Below are positions 30,345 to 40,173 of a stretch of DNA of 64,000 nt, one piece after another. Source of the DNA: Escherichia phage vB_EcoM-G157lw; the sequence record OK331996.1, one strand, 5' to 3'. The position numbers were made by a program, and so were the translations under genes. Below the pieces are notes generated by a model. The model saw only the letters and a program-made list of their open reading frames with translations, had not been told where the DNA came from and did not search any database. Numbering within the stretch: position 1 is the first letter of the stretch; each line of letters starts with the position of its first letter.

Positions 30345-30866
30345 ATGTTTATTTCAAGTGGAAGTGGTTTAATTCGTGTTGAATTTAAAAATGACATCTT
30401 CCTTATTCAAGGAGATGATATTATTAAAATGAGTTATGATGAAATTAAGAAAATTTGTAATGCTCTTGAAAGTCATGGAAAAGTGAACGCTGTTATTGAT
30501 ATTGGTGATTTATGGGTGACACTTTATGAAGTATCCGAAGGATTTAATATTGAAGATGAAAACAACATCTTAGCTATTGATAAAAGAAGCGATTTGTTTG
30601 ATGTGTTAAAAGTTTATGAACAGTCAAACGGTGGAAGAAAAGCTGTATTGATTTATCAAAAACCACATTCATGTGGAACTGCTTCAATCATTTCAGATAT
30701 TGAAGATGAAACTGATACTTATATGTGTGTTTTAAAAGCTGGTGGTGACCGTCATCCGGATTTTATTTCTATTCGTCAAAACAATGGAGAAATTTCATTA
30801 TCAAAATCAGAAGCTGAAGCTATGATTAAGTATTTAACAACTGTTACACCTTCAATGAAAGGATAA
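30345..30866 (+). CDS. hypothetical protein, paralog pair member 2
   Basis: 173 aa; C-terminus SEAEAMIKYLTTVTPSM similar to upstream gene. Confidence 0.6.
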   Translation: MFISSGSGLIRVEFKNDIFLIQGDDIIKMSYDEIKKICNALESHGKVNAVIDIGDLWVTLYEVSEGFNIEDENNILAIDKRSDLFDVLKVYEQSNGGRKAVLIYQKPHSCGTASIISDIEDETDTYMCVLKAGGDRHPDFISIRQNNGEISLSKSEAEAMIKYLTTVTPSMKG

Positions 30867-30868
30867 TT

Positions 30869-31330
30869 ATGATTATTAATGAAAACTCTTGGCACTATAA
30901 ATTATTCAAACTGTTTAACGACGAATGGAAACGACCTAAGACACTGTGTGCATACTTTTGGTCTATTGTTATCCCTACATTTTTCGTTTCTTTTTTCGGA
31001 TGTACTATACTCGCAGGTCTAACTATTATCTGTGCAGAAATCATACAGAAATGGCTTATTTTTGGTAGTTTATGGACTCTTATTCCATCAGCATTTATAC
31101 TTGCCATTTTGCTTATTTTACTTATTATTGGTTCATTTGTTATTCCTGCACAACTGCATGAAAAATATAAAGATTATAAATGGAAAAAGGATTATGCTTT
31201 ACATGTAGAAAATATTGATAGGGCGTATAAAGGTTTACCTCCTATTCAACCCAAGAAATCTATTATCGTTGAATTTTTAAAAGCTCGTAAAGCTAAAGTA
31301 TGTCCTGTTATTGAATATAAGGCTGAATGA
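30869..31330 (+). CDS. membrane protein
   Basis: 153 aa, three hydrophobic segments. Confidence 0.6.
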   Translation: MIINENSWHYKLFKLFNDEWKRPKTLCAYFWSIVIPTFFVSFFGCTILAGLTIICAEIIQKWLIFGSLWTLIPSAFILAILLILLIIGSFVIPAQLHEKYKDYKWKKDYALHVENIDRAYKGLPPIQPKKSIIVEFLKARKAKVCPVIEYKAE

Positions 31331-32340
31331 TGAAAACAGTAATGAAAAGCTATTTTGGTAGTCATCTTTATGGAACTTCTACCCCAGAATCTGATGTAGA
31401 TTTTAAAGAAATCTTTGTTCCTCCTGCTCGCGATATTCTTATCGGAAATGTCAAAGAGCACATGAGTAAAAACACTAACAACACATCATCTAAAAACACT
31501 AAAGATGATATTGACCATGAACTATACAGTCTTAAATATTTCTTTAAATTAGCAGCAGATGGTGAAACTGTAGCGTTGGATATGCTTCACACTCCACCTG
31601 AACTAGTGGTTAAATCTGATTTGCCTGATGTGTGGAAGTTTATTCAAGACAACCGTTCTCGTTTTTATACGACTAACATGAAATCATATTTAGGATATGT
31701 CCGCAAGCAAGCTTCTAAATACGGTGTCAAGGGTTCTCGTTTGGCTGCATTACGTGATGTATTGAAAGTAGTTAATCAAATCCCTGAGCAATGGGTTGAT
31801 TACCAAGAAGATGGTTCTATTAAGCAGCGTCGTACTAAAGTTGAAGATATTAAGCATCGTCTTCCAGAAAACGAATTCTGTGAATGGGTGTTCCATAATC
31901 ATGAGAAAACAGGCCCACAAACGTTCTACACTGTGTTGGGTCGTAAATATCAGACAACTCTTTCTCTTATTGAGCTTAAGCAGTCACTGAACAAATTAGA
32001 TGCTGAATACGGTGAACGTGCTCGTAAGGCCGAAGCCAACGAAGGCATTGACTGGAAAGCTCTGAGCCATGCTTGTCGTGGTGGACTTCAACTATTGGAA
32101 ATTTACAAAACTGGTGACTTGGTTTATCCACTCCAAGATGCTCCATTTATTCTCGACGTGAAGTTGGGTAAGCATCCATTTAAAACAGTTCAAGAGTTTT
32201 TGGAAGATGTGGTCGATCAAGTAGAAGCAGCATCTATTGAAGCTTCTAAGAACGGTATGCAGCAAAAAGTAGACATGGGTTTCTGGGATGACTTCCTTGA
32301 GAAGGTCTATCTTGAAAACCATCGAAGTTATTATAAATGA
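31327..32340 (+). CDS. Pol-beta-superfamily nucleotidyltransferase-fold protein
   Basis: 337 aa; GSHLYGTSTPESDVDF fits G[SG]-x(9-13)-DhD NTase signature. Confidence 0.6.
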   Translation: MMKTVMKSYFGSHLYGTSTPESDVDFKEIFVPPARDILIGNVKEHMSKNTNNTSSKNTKDDIDHELYSLKYFFKLAADGETVALDMLHTPPELVVKSDLPDVWKFIQDNRSRFYTTNMKSYLGYVRKQASKYGVKGSRLAALRDVLKVVNQIPEQWVDYQEDGSIKQRRTKVEDIKHRLPENEFCEWVFHNHEKTGPQTFYTVLGRKYQTTLSLIELKQSLNKLDAEYGERARKAEANEGIDWKALSHACRGGLQLLEIYKTGDLVYPLQDAPFILDVKLGKHPFKTVQEFLEDVVDQVEAASIEASKNGMQQKVDMGFWDDFLEKVYLENHRSYYK

Positions 32341-32342
32341 TA

Positions 32343-32366
32343 GGGAGCCTTCGGGCTCCCTTTTTT
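32343..32366 (+). terminator. intrinsic terminator, UUCG loop
   Basis: GGGAGCC ttcg GGCTCCC then TTTTTT. Confidence 0.75.
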
Positions 32367-32390
32367 ATTTCAAAAATTTTTCACAAAACG

Positions 32391-32420
32391 GTTTACAAGC
32401 ATAAAGCTTTATGGTACTAT
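32391..32420 (+). promoter_or_regulatory. early promoter with conserved leader (PeSL-like cassette)
   Basis: GTTTAC, TACTAT, conserved ACAACTATCAACTGATAC leader. Confidence 0.55.
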
Positions 32421-32454
32421 ACAACTATCAACTGATACGGATTTGGAGAATAAA

Positions 32455-33423
32455 ATGAAAACTGTAACTATCAATAAGGGTATCTACTTCGGTAAAGAAA
32501 TCTCTGGAACTTTTGAGCTCTTAGGCGAATGGTTCCCGGATAATGCTCCGGTAGATGCACAAGGAGATGGTAAAGTTTTTGTTGAAATTGACGGTAAACG
32601 TCGCGGTGTTTGGGTTTACAAATCAGACATTTCATATGATGGTGTAAAAGTTGAAGAAGTTAAAGAATCGTATGAAGATATGAAAACCCGCATTAATAAA
32701 AGATTTAATGTTATGGGAATGATGACGAATGGTATTATTAACGGAAACATTCGTTCATTAATTATTTCTGGTGCGGCGGGTATTGGTAAAACGTATTCTT
32801 TAGATAAAGCTTTAAATAAAGCAAATGATATTGGATACATTGAATATAAAAGCATTAATGGTAAAATCTCTGGTATTGGTCTTTATGAACAGCTTTGGAA
32901 TAATCGTGAAGAGAATTCTGTCCTTTTGATTGATGATGTGGATGTTTTCTCTGATATGGACATTCTTAATCTTCTGAAAGCTGCTCTGGACACTGGAGAG
33001 ACCCGTAAAGTCTGCTGGAGCACTGCATCTTCTTACTTAGAAGAAAAAGGAATTGAGCGTGAGTTTGAATTTAAAGGAACGATTGTTTTTATCACAAACG
33101 TTGACATTGACCGCGAATTAGACCGTGGTACTAAACTTGCTCCACATTTACAAGCATTAGTGTCCCGCTCAGTTTATTTGGATTTGGGTGTTCACACTAA
33201 TGAAGAAATTATGGTCAGGGTTGAAGATGTTATTCTTTCAACTGACATGATGCAAAAGCGCGGTCTTTCTGATGAAGAAACTTATAAAGCATTATCATGG
33301 ATGAAAGTCAATGTTAATCGTTTACGCAATGTTTCACTGCGTACTGCTCTTTATCTTGCTGACTTTATTATGACCGACAAAAACGGTTGGGAAGAAATCG
33401 CTGAAACGGTATTATTAAAATGA
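32455..33423 (+). CDS. AAA+ family ATPase
   Basis: ATG 32455 (track start is TTG); Walker A GAAGIGKT, Walker B LLIDDVD, sensor-1-like FITN. Confidence 0.65.
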   Translation: MKTVTINKGIYFGKEISGTFELLGEWFPDNAPVDAQGDGKVFVEIDGKRRGVWVYKSDISYDGVKVEEVKESYEDMKTRINKRFNVMGMMTNGIINGNIRSLIISGAAGIGKTYSLDKALNKANDIGYIEYKSINGKISGIGLYEQLWNNREENSVLLIDDVDVFSDMDILNLLKAALDTGETRKVCWSTASSYLEEKGIEREFEFKGTIVFITNVDIDRELDRGTKLAPHLQALVSRSVYLDLGVHTNEEIMVRVEDVILSTDMMQKRGLSDEETYKALSWMKVNVNRLRNVSLRTALYLADFIMTDKNGWEEIAETVLLK

Positions 33424-34138
33424 AAAAATATTTTACTATCTATAAAACTGAAATATTAAATTTAAAGACAGGTATTAAGAAATACTATTATGGTCGACAT
33501 ATAACTAATAACATCAATGATTCGTATGTTGGTAGTGGAAATTATATAGAACGTGTAAAAGTGTCAAATGACCACATATTATCAAAAACGGTTTTAGAAG
33601 TTTTTGATAATTATGATAAAATGGTACAAGCTGAAATATTATATATCATGGCAGGTAAATTGAAATATGGAAAAACTGTGTTAACCTGTCATACGGGGGT
33701 GAAGGAGGAAAGGTTGCAGATGAAACTAGGATAAAATGCAAAAAGCATTCTATAAATTTATGGAAAAATCCTAATCATATACAGCATATGAAGAAAAAGA
33801 TGAAAGAGGTCACATCCACGCCGGAAGCTAAATTAAACACTTCAATAAAAACTTCGCAACGATATAAGGACCCAGTTTTTGTTAGAAAAGTTAGTAATAT
33901 TATTAAAAAGAAACTAAACAATCCTGCAGTAAAAGAAAAGCATATTAATGGAATTAAAGCTGCAAAGCGTTCTCATTTAACTATATGGCAGTATGAAGAT
34001 GAATTATTCGAGCTTTGGAAAGAAACTAAATATGGATGGAGAAAATTTACAAAGGAAGCTATAAAACACGGATATCCAAATGAACCGTATCGTAGTATGG
34101 TATCAACTTTTCAGAAAAGACATTTAGAAGAATCCTAA
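33420..34138 (+). pseudogene. GIY-YIG (seg-like) homing endonuclease interrupted by a frameshift
   Basis: ORF 33420-33734 has GIY-YIG-like N-terminus; downstream frame stays open back to about 33683 and overlaps it; shift near G-run 33694-33698. Confidence 0.45.
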
Positions 34139-34220
34139 GACAAAAAGGCAGTTCAGAAATAGATTATATGGACTGCCATCAAAAAGATGACTAGAATTAA
34201 ACTGGTAAATGGAGGTAATG

Positions 34221-34523
34221 ATGTTATACTCAAAGGCTCGTGAAATTTACGAAACTAAAATTAAAGAAGCAGTATTTCAGTTCGCAACAACAATGCGATG
34301 GACAAATGATTGGGAGTATTCAAAAAATCATAAGAAGCCTTTGGTGACAAGAAAGGCTCATATGTTAGTGTTAATAGACCGTGAGCAGATTAAAGCCCGA
34401 GAAGCCCTCCAGAATCATAAAAAGGCTGCCTTTGAATGGTTTATGGATAACACTGCTCCTGAGACTAAGAAAGCAGTGAGCGCTTGGTTCAGTGGAAAAA
34501 ATTGTGAAAGAAGTTTCTTTTAG
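34221..34523 (+). CDS. hypothetical protein
   Basis: ATGs at 34209/34218/34221; GGAGG RBS favours 34221. Confidence 0.5.
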   Translation: MLYSKAREIYETKIKEAVFQFATTMRWTNDWEYSKNHKKPLVTRKAHMLVLIDREQIKAREALQNHKKAAFEWFMDNTAPETKKAVSAWFSGKNCERSFF

Positions 34524-34525
34524 TT

Positions 34526-34555
34526 GTTTACAAGACCGTTCCTCTGTGGTACTAT
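34526..34555 (+). promoter_or_regulatory. early promoter with conserved leader
   Basis: GTTTAC, TACTAT, ACAACTATCAACTAC. Confidence 0.5.
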
Positions 34556-34583
34556 ACAACTATCAACTACGGAGGAACAGAAA

Positions 34584-35111
34584 ATGAACGCTAAAGATAT
34601 TTTCAACCTGGTAAATTATAACGATGGTAAATTTAAATCTGAAGCTCAAAGCAAGTTCTTTAATGATGTCTCAATCGGTGGTGAAATCACTGTTGATGGA
34701 GGACAAATTTACAAATCCCGTTGGAATTGGATCGTTATTATCGATGAGATTGGTATTGTAGAAATTTACAAGAATACGAATAAAAATCGTACATTACACT
34801 GGTCTCGTGATACTAACGAACAGTACAAAAAGGATAAAGCATCTAAATTATCTCGTGTAACTCAAGAAGATATTGAGTTCATCAAGAAAGATATTTTGAT
34901 GTATGATAACTTAATTGCTGAAGAGCAAGCTGTTATTGATAAATTTGACGAGATTAAAGCTTCTCGTGAAATTCCTGATTTTATGAAAGAATCAGTAAAT
35001 GAACGATACACTCTCATTTCAGAGCGTATTGAAACTTACAAAAAGCAAAGAGCTGAACGCCAGAATACTCTTCGGAAGTTTGAAGAACGGTTAAAGACGG
35101 TACTCGCATAA
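34584..35111 (+). CDS. hypothetical protein
   Basis: ATG 34584 after GGAGGAACAG; 175 aa. Confidence 0.6.
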   Translation: MNAKDIFNLVNYNDGKFKSEAQSKFFNDVSIGGEITVDGGQIYKSRWNWIVIIDEIGIVEIYKNTNKNRTLHWSRDTNEQYKKDKASKLSRVTQEDIEFIKKDILMYDNLIAEEQAVIDKFDEIKASREIPDFMKESVNERYTLISERIETYKKQRAERQNTLRKFEERLKTVLA

Positions 35112-35166
35112 CCGCTTTATACCAAGGATGGTATAATGGTTCTAAGCCCTTTTAATTGAGATTATT

Positions 35167-35571
35167 ATGAAACAGTTGATAATTAAAAGATTGAATTTAT
35201 TGATATGTTGTTTATGTATAGTAATTGCATATGGTTATTATGCTATTAATGATTATATGCATTATAAAGATTATGATGTTACTGTAGTTAATACCATTAC
35301 AGGAACTCAAGGAAAGGGGTCTAATTTATCGTTTATTGCCGTATATGAACTCAAAGACGGTTATAGATTTAGTGAATATATTTCCCCAGAGATGTATTCT
35401 TCAATAGAAAAAGGTGATAATATTACTGTAAGTTTACGTCCTTTCGACGTAAAACAGACATTGTTTGATAATATCGTTTGGTTCTTTGGAATGGTATTAG
35501 TTCAATCTGTATGCGGTGCTTATATAGTCTTTTCCATCATATTCTGCGTATTTAGTAAAATTGAAAATTGA
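35167..35571 (+). CDS. membrane protein
   Basis: 134 aa, N- and C-terminal hydrophobic helices. Confidence 0.55.
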   Translation: MKQLIIKRLNLLICCLCIVIAYGYYAINDYMHYKDYDVTVVNTITGTQGKGSNLSFIAVYELKDGYRFSEYISPEMYSSIEKGDNITVSLRPFDVKQTLFDNIVWFFGMVLVQSVCGAYIVFSIIFCVFSKIEN

Positions 35572-35582
35572 GTGAGGAAAAT

Positions 35583-36470
35583 ATGTCAGTAGTAATTAAT
35601 AATGTCAATGCAGTAATTAAATCTTTAGTTAATAAAAAATTGAATGAATGGACTGTACTTCGTCGTGGAGAGCCAGATAAATTTTTTCATAGATTTAACC
35701 CAACTTTGGATTTGAATGTTATTGACAGAGATGTTCATGCTGAAATTTTAGATAAATTTAAAGTTGATATTGGATTTGGATTAGAAAAACATTTACAGCG
35801 AACAAACGGGTCTGGAATGGGTTTATCTAATCGCATTATGAAAGCCCTTAATAAAATTGGAGCATTGTCTCGTATTAATGCAAGTGAAATTCTTCGCAAT
35901 TATAATAAAGGATATGACCTTTATGGTCGACTAATGCCAAAATTATCATTCGATCAAATGATTGAGGATTTGTGGGAAAATCAACGACGATTATTAGCAT
36001 TAGGCGCTCGATTAGCTAAAGGTCTAGATAAACAAATGATTTTTAAGACCAATAATACAGAAGACCTTAAATGCTTTAAATTTAGCACTCGTGGAGATGA
36101 TTATTACGTCAGAGCTCGCTCTACTGATTATGTCAATATGGGTCATCATCTCTGTTTAGCTTTTGAAGTTTTAAAAGAATCTGGAACATTAGAATATTCA
36201 TCTGGTGCAAAATGTCCAATTGGTTCAAGTTGTATTTTAATTTATCGCCCGGATGAATCCAGTTCAACTAAATTGCCTACAAAACCTGTACCAGTTCGTA
36301 GTAACGAAAAACATTCTGAGCAAATTGATTATTTTAATAAGCAAATTGAAGAGCTGAATATTTCTATTCAACAATATGACGATGAAATCTTTAGACTATC
36401 TGGATTGAGTAGTAAAGCTAAATCTGAGCGTGAAAAGTTAATTAAAATTGTTGATTTACTTAAATCTTAA
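35583..36470 (+). CDS. hypothetical protein with C-terminal coiled coil (array member 1)
   Basis: ATG 35583 after GAGTGAGGAAA; 295 aa. Confidence 0.6.
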   Translation: MSVVINNVNAVIKSLVNKKLNEWTVLRRGEPDKFFHRFNPTLDLNVIDRDVHAEILDKFKVDIGFGLEKHLQRTNGSGMGLSNRIMKALNKIGALSRINASEILRNYNKGYDLYGRLMPKLSFDQMIEDLWENQRRLLALGARLAKGLDKQMIFKTNNTEDLKCFKFSTRGDDYYVRARSTDYVNMGHHLCLAFEVLKESGTLEYSSGAKCPIGSSCILIYRPDESSSTKLPTKPVPVRSNEKHSEQIDYFNKQIEELNISIQQYDDEIFRLSGLSSKAKSEREKLIKIVDLLKS

Positions 36471-36478
36471 GGAACACT

Positions 36479-37498
36479 ATGAAAACTCGTTCTCAAATTG
36501 AAGATATGGTTCGTAATGCCAGCTATACTCGTGATGTTATGACATTTTTGTGCCAAAATAATTTAGACCCTGATAGAGTTAATAGTTCCATTCACTTTAA
36601 GTATATGAATAGCAGTGAATGGTTACGTCATTTTAGTAAAGCGGGATATATTACACAAATGACTGCTCGTGAGCAGCTCACCGATTTCTGTAAAACTATT
36701 GATTATAAAAATCCTCTATTTGTTCAAGGTGTTGGTCAGAGTAAGGTTGATTTATCATCTGGATTTTTCAATCCCAATCATTATCGTATTGAATGGAGAT
36801 TTATTGCTCTATTCCGTAAACAGTTAAAGCAAATTTTGTCGACAGCTAGTCGATTAAAAGGTTCTGACATTAACTTAAAGAACCTGAAATTTGATGGTTA
36901 TACTCTTCAGATGGAAGTAAGACCATTAAAAGAAAATAATAGAACTGCACGAATTAGCTTTAAACCTAATACAAAAAATTCTCTTTCAATTTGTGAATGC
37001 CTTAAATCACAGTTGACAGAAGCATTTAAGTATATGGATGTTGTTGCCGCTGTTCAGTCTAAGATTTTACCTCGTTTTGAACGATTTAAGTTAGATACAA
37101 CATCATATGAACTTGATATGATCGTTTCATTTAAATACGATTTTTTGAGAAAGGACGAAGTCCCGCAAGAGAAAAAGCAGGAAGTACAAGATAACTTAAA
37201 TTTATCCAATTACTTATCAAACGATCCTAAATTTTGGATGTATAGTTCAGGTAATAATGATGCATGGAAATTCAATAAAGTGAATTTTCTTCCTGTTGAA
37301 AATCCGAGTCTTAAACCTGTTGAAAAATGGCACGCGGATGCGATTGAGAAGTCTATCAAGGCAGTAGATGATGAACTCGTTAAAGCGACCAATGAAGTGC
37401 TAGAAGCTGAAAAGGCGTTAGAACAAGCTCAGTCAAGGGTTCAAAATCTGACAAAGCAACGTTCTAAACTGAACAATGCATTAAATGCACTGAACTAG
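36479..37498 (+). CDS. hypothetical protein with C-terminal coiled coil (array member 2)
   Basis: 339 aa, N-terminus MKTRSQIEDM. Confidence 0.65.
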   Translation: MKTRSQIEDMVRNASYTRDVMTFLCQNNLDPDRVNSSIHFKYMNSSEWLRHFSKAGYITQMTAREQLTDFCKTIDYKNPLFVQGVGQSKVDLSSGFFNPNHYRIEWRFIALFRKQLKQILSTASRLKGSDINLKNLKFDGYTLQMEVRPLKENNRTARISFKPNTKNSLSICECLKSQLTEAFKYMDVVAAVQSKILPRFERFKLDTTSYELDMIVSFKYDFLRKDEVPQEKKQEVQDNLNLSNYLSNDPKFWMYSSGNNDAWKFNKVNFLPVENPSLKPVEKWHADAIEKSIKAVDDELVKATNEVLEAEKALEQAQSRVQNLTKQRSKLNNALNALN

Positions 37499-37527
37499 TT
37501 TACTTTGCCACAAGGATGTGGTATAAT
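37498..37527 (+). promoter_or_regulatory. early promoter GTTTAC ... TGGTATAAT
   Basis: extended -10 consensus. Confidence 0.5.
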
Positions 37528-37555
37528 GTTCTTACTTTCTACTGAGGAGATTAAT

Positions 37556-38560
37556 ATGACTCGTAACGAATATATCAAATCATTCAATAGGGTTATTGAT
37601 GATAAAGTTAAACCCATGTCTAGTCAGAATGCTGTTCTTTCTATTATCAATCAATGGCTCAGCAGTATTGATGCAAGTATTGTTTCTTCCAGTAAATTTA
37701 TTCATGAAGTTCGTGAAATTTCTAGCCGTGTAGATAAAGATGATATTAAGATAATCTTTAAAGGGTCTCGTCTTCTTTCATATTTAGTTAATCGGGATAT
37801 TCTTGGTAATTTTGGGAAAGAAATTAAACGAACTAAAGGTGTAATAGGATACAATTGGTTCGGTGATGTTAATTCTTCTTATCATCTTAATATCAAAGAA
37901 GACCCTAAGAATATTTTTACTCGTCGTTGGATTAGTAATTTCAGACTTTTTAAAGGACAAATTCTAAAATCAGCTTCTAAATTATGTTATGGCGATTATC
38001 GTCAAATTCATCCTTTGGCTTCTGATATGATTATCGTAAAAGAATATGAGCTTGATAAAAATAAAGTAGCTATTTTTGTGAATTATGAATTTTTTACACC
38101 AGAAGCTAACCAAAAGAATATTAATAAATTTTTCTCAATTGCTAGCACTATAACTCATCAATTAGAGACGGCTTTGGATTGTATGGAAACTGTAAAAAGT
38201 ATTCATACATATCCTTTCAAAAATATTGGTGGTTGGGAAGGATATAAAATTGTAATTAGTCTTCGTGAAGTGAAATGTGCTTATTCACTAACTGATAAAG
38301 AAATTTACCAACAAAAATGCGAAGAAATTGTGAATACTCCTAAAGAAGAAACTACCCTTGAGGAACTAATGGATAATCTTGACGATTCACTTGAACCGGT
38401 AGAAATTCGTCCAGAAGTTGTTGCACTAGAAAAAGCTTATAAAGAAGTTCTAGAAATTTCTAATAAAGCGCAGAAAGAATATGAGAAGGCTAAAAAGATT
38501 TGGGAAGAATCTGTTAATCGCTTGGATCGTCTTGAACAAGCTTTACAGTTAATTAAGTAA
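37556..38560 (+). CDS. hypothetical protein with C-terminal coiled coil (array member 3)
   Basis: ATG 37556 after GAGGAG; 334 aa. Confidence 0.6.
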   Translation: MTRNEYIKSFNRVIDDKVKPMSSQNAVLSIINQWLSSIDASIVSSSKFIHEVREISSRVDKDDIKIIFKGSRLLSYLVNRDILGNFGKEIKRTKGVIGYNWFGDVNSSYHLNIKEDPKNIFTRRWISNFRLFKGQILKSASKLCYGDYRQIHPLASDMIIVKEYELDKNKVAIFVNYEFFTPEANQKNINKFFSIASTITHQLETALDCMETVKSIHTYPFKNIGGWEGYKIVISLREVKCAYSLTDKEIYQQKCEEIVNTPKEETTLEELMDNLDDSLEPVEIRPEVVALEKAYKEVLEISNKAQKEYEKAKKIWEESVNRLDRLEQALQLIK

Positions 38561-38611
38561 TTTAAAGCCAAGGATGGCTCGGAGTATAAATCATTAACAA
38601 GTGAGAAGAAC

Positions 38612-39541
38612 ATGAAAACTCGTAAACATTATATTGATTATTTTGACAGTCTTATTACTAAACATCGTAATTATCAGATCGGACACAGAGCAGTAATCAA
38701 TAATATTCTTCGTGATTTCCTTCAATATGTTGGCCAGGAAAATCATATCTGTAAAGATACTCAAAACGCTTATTCTCATTCGTTAGGCAATTTGCTTGAA
38801 TGGTTTAAACGTTCTCGTATGTTATCTTCTACTATAGCTCGTGATAACATTAAAAACTTTATGAAGCCGAGCTTCATTAAATCTGAGACATCTATAACCG
38901 ATTTGGTTCAATTTACTATTGTTAACGATGTTAAAAAGACCCATTTGGCTGATTGGTTATCTACCATTCCTGAAACTAAATTTGCTGATAAATTTGCTTG
39001 TCAATTCAATACCCAAGTGAATATGCTTTTTAAGCATGCTCGCAAACTGTTTACCGCGGGCGATGATCGTACAAATACAGTTCATGTTAAGGACTGGGTT
39101 ATTGCTGATGAAGTAACACACAAGCCAGGTGGTTCATCAGTATTAATTAATATCCAGGTTCCTTATTATTACTCACGTAATCTCGGCACCATGACAGCTA
39201 AAGAAATTAATAAGCACAACAAAACTATTCGTTCGTTGTCTTATAAACTCCGCATGATGTTAAAAATTATGGACGTAGTGGAAATGTATGACGAAACCGA
39301 AGATAATGGTTCAATGTTATACAGTTCACGCATTCTAATTAAACTGAAGAACCCTAATACATATAAGACAGTTGTAAAAGAGCCTAAAGTAGAAAAGGTT
39401 GATAATCTGGGTGAAGAACGTGAATATCTCAATGCCCGTTTGACTGAAGTTGAAAAACAAATTGAAGAGCATACTAAAGTTCTTAAGGCTTTAACCGCCA
39501 AAGCAAATGGTTTACGTAATGCTATTGAGGTATTGAAATGA
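38612..39541 (+). CDS. hypothetical protein with C-terminal coiled coil (array member 4)
   Basis: 309 aa, N-terminus MKTRKHYIDY. Confidence 0.65.
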   Translation: MKTRKHYIDYFDSLITKHRNYQIGHRAVINNILRDFLQYVGQENHICKDTQNAYSHSLGNLLEWFKRSRMLSSTIARDNIKNFMKPSFIKSETSITDLVQFTIVNDVKKTHLADWLSTIPETKFADKFACQFNTQVNMLFKHARKLFTAGDDRTNTVHVKDWVIADEVTHKPGGSSVLINIQVPYYYSRNLGTMTAKEINKHNKTIRSLSYKLRMMLKIMDVVEMYDETEDNGSMLYSSRILIKLKNPNTYKTVVKEPKVEKVDNLGEEREYLNARLTEVEKQIEEHTKVLKALTAKANGLRNAIEVLK

Positions 39542-39927
39542 AAAAGCGTTTATTAGAAGACATTGCAGCTTCAAGTAATTCTAGTCTAATTAAAATTATT
39601 ATGGCTGGTGAGGAAGATGATATGGAAATGCGTGGAAAGATTCACGGCTGCGATGATTTAGATTTTAAACCTCCAGCATGGGATGCTATTATGGCTATGG
39701 TTGAACGTCGCGAAAGGGCTTCTAAAAACGTTCCTAATTGCCCTGAATGCGGTACTGAACAAGTTCAATTGATTAACTGGCGTAAACCAGAGCTTGAATA
39801 TAAATGCCGTCAATGTAAACATAAATTCAGTAAGCATGCTCCGGAAATGGTTAAATTGCCTGACTCTACTGAGTTCTTTAAAGAACTTGTGAGTGTTCAA
39901 CCAATGCCTAATAATATTTTGGATTAA
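39538..39927 (+). CDS. zinc-ribbon protein
   Basis: 129 aa; CPECG ... CRQCKHKF. Confidence 0.55.
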   Translation: MKKRLLEDIAASSNSSLIKIIMAGEEDDMEMRGKIHGCDDLDFKPPAWDAIMAMVERRERASKNVPNCPECGTEQVQLINWRKPELEYKCRQCKHKFSKHAPEMVKLPDSTEFFKELVSVQPMPNNILD

Positions 39928-39929
39928 AA

Positions 39930-40172
39930 ATGACCAAGCGTAAAGAATATATGGAGGCTGCTGAAAAGGCAGTCCGTGAATTAGCAATAGCTTATTATAA
40001 TGAACATGGTAAATTTCCTGATAGATACAGCGTGCTTAAATCTGCTGTAACTCGTTCATACAAAAATATGCTATCAGAAGTAAGTGATATTATATACAAA
40101 CATAAAGAACAAACGGGCCAAAGTCTTGATTACGACGAGACTTTTAAACAAGTACTAGGAATTAAGGAATAA
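39930..40172 (+). CDS. hypothetical protein
   Basis: 80 aa ORF. Confidence 0.5.
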   Translation: MTKRKEYMEAAEKAVRELAIAYYNEHGKFPDRYSVLKSAVTRSYKNMLSEVSDIIYKHKEQTGQSLDYDETFKQVLGIKE

Positions 40173-40173
40173 T

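Noticed and set aside
33420-34138. Two independent small genes (33420-33734 and 33788-34138)
   Set aside because: The second frame is open well upstream of its first ATG and overlaps the first ORF's end, which fits better with one endonuclease gene split by a frameshift.
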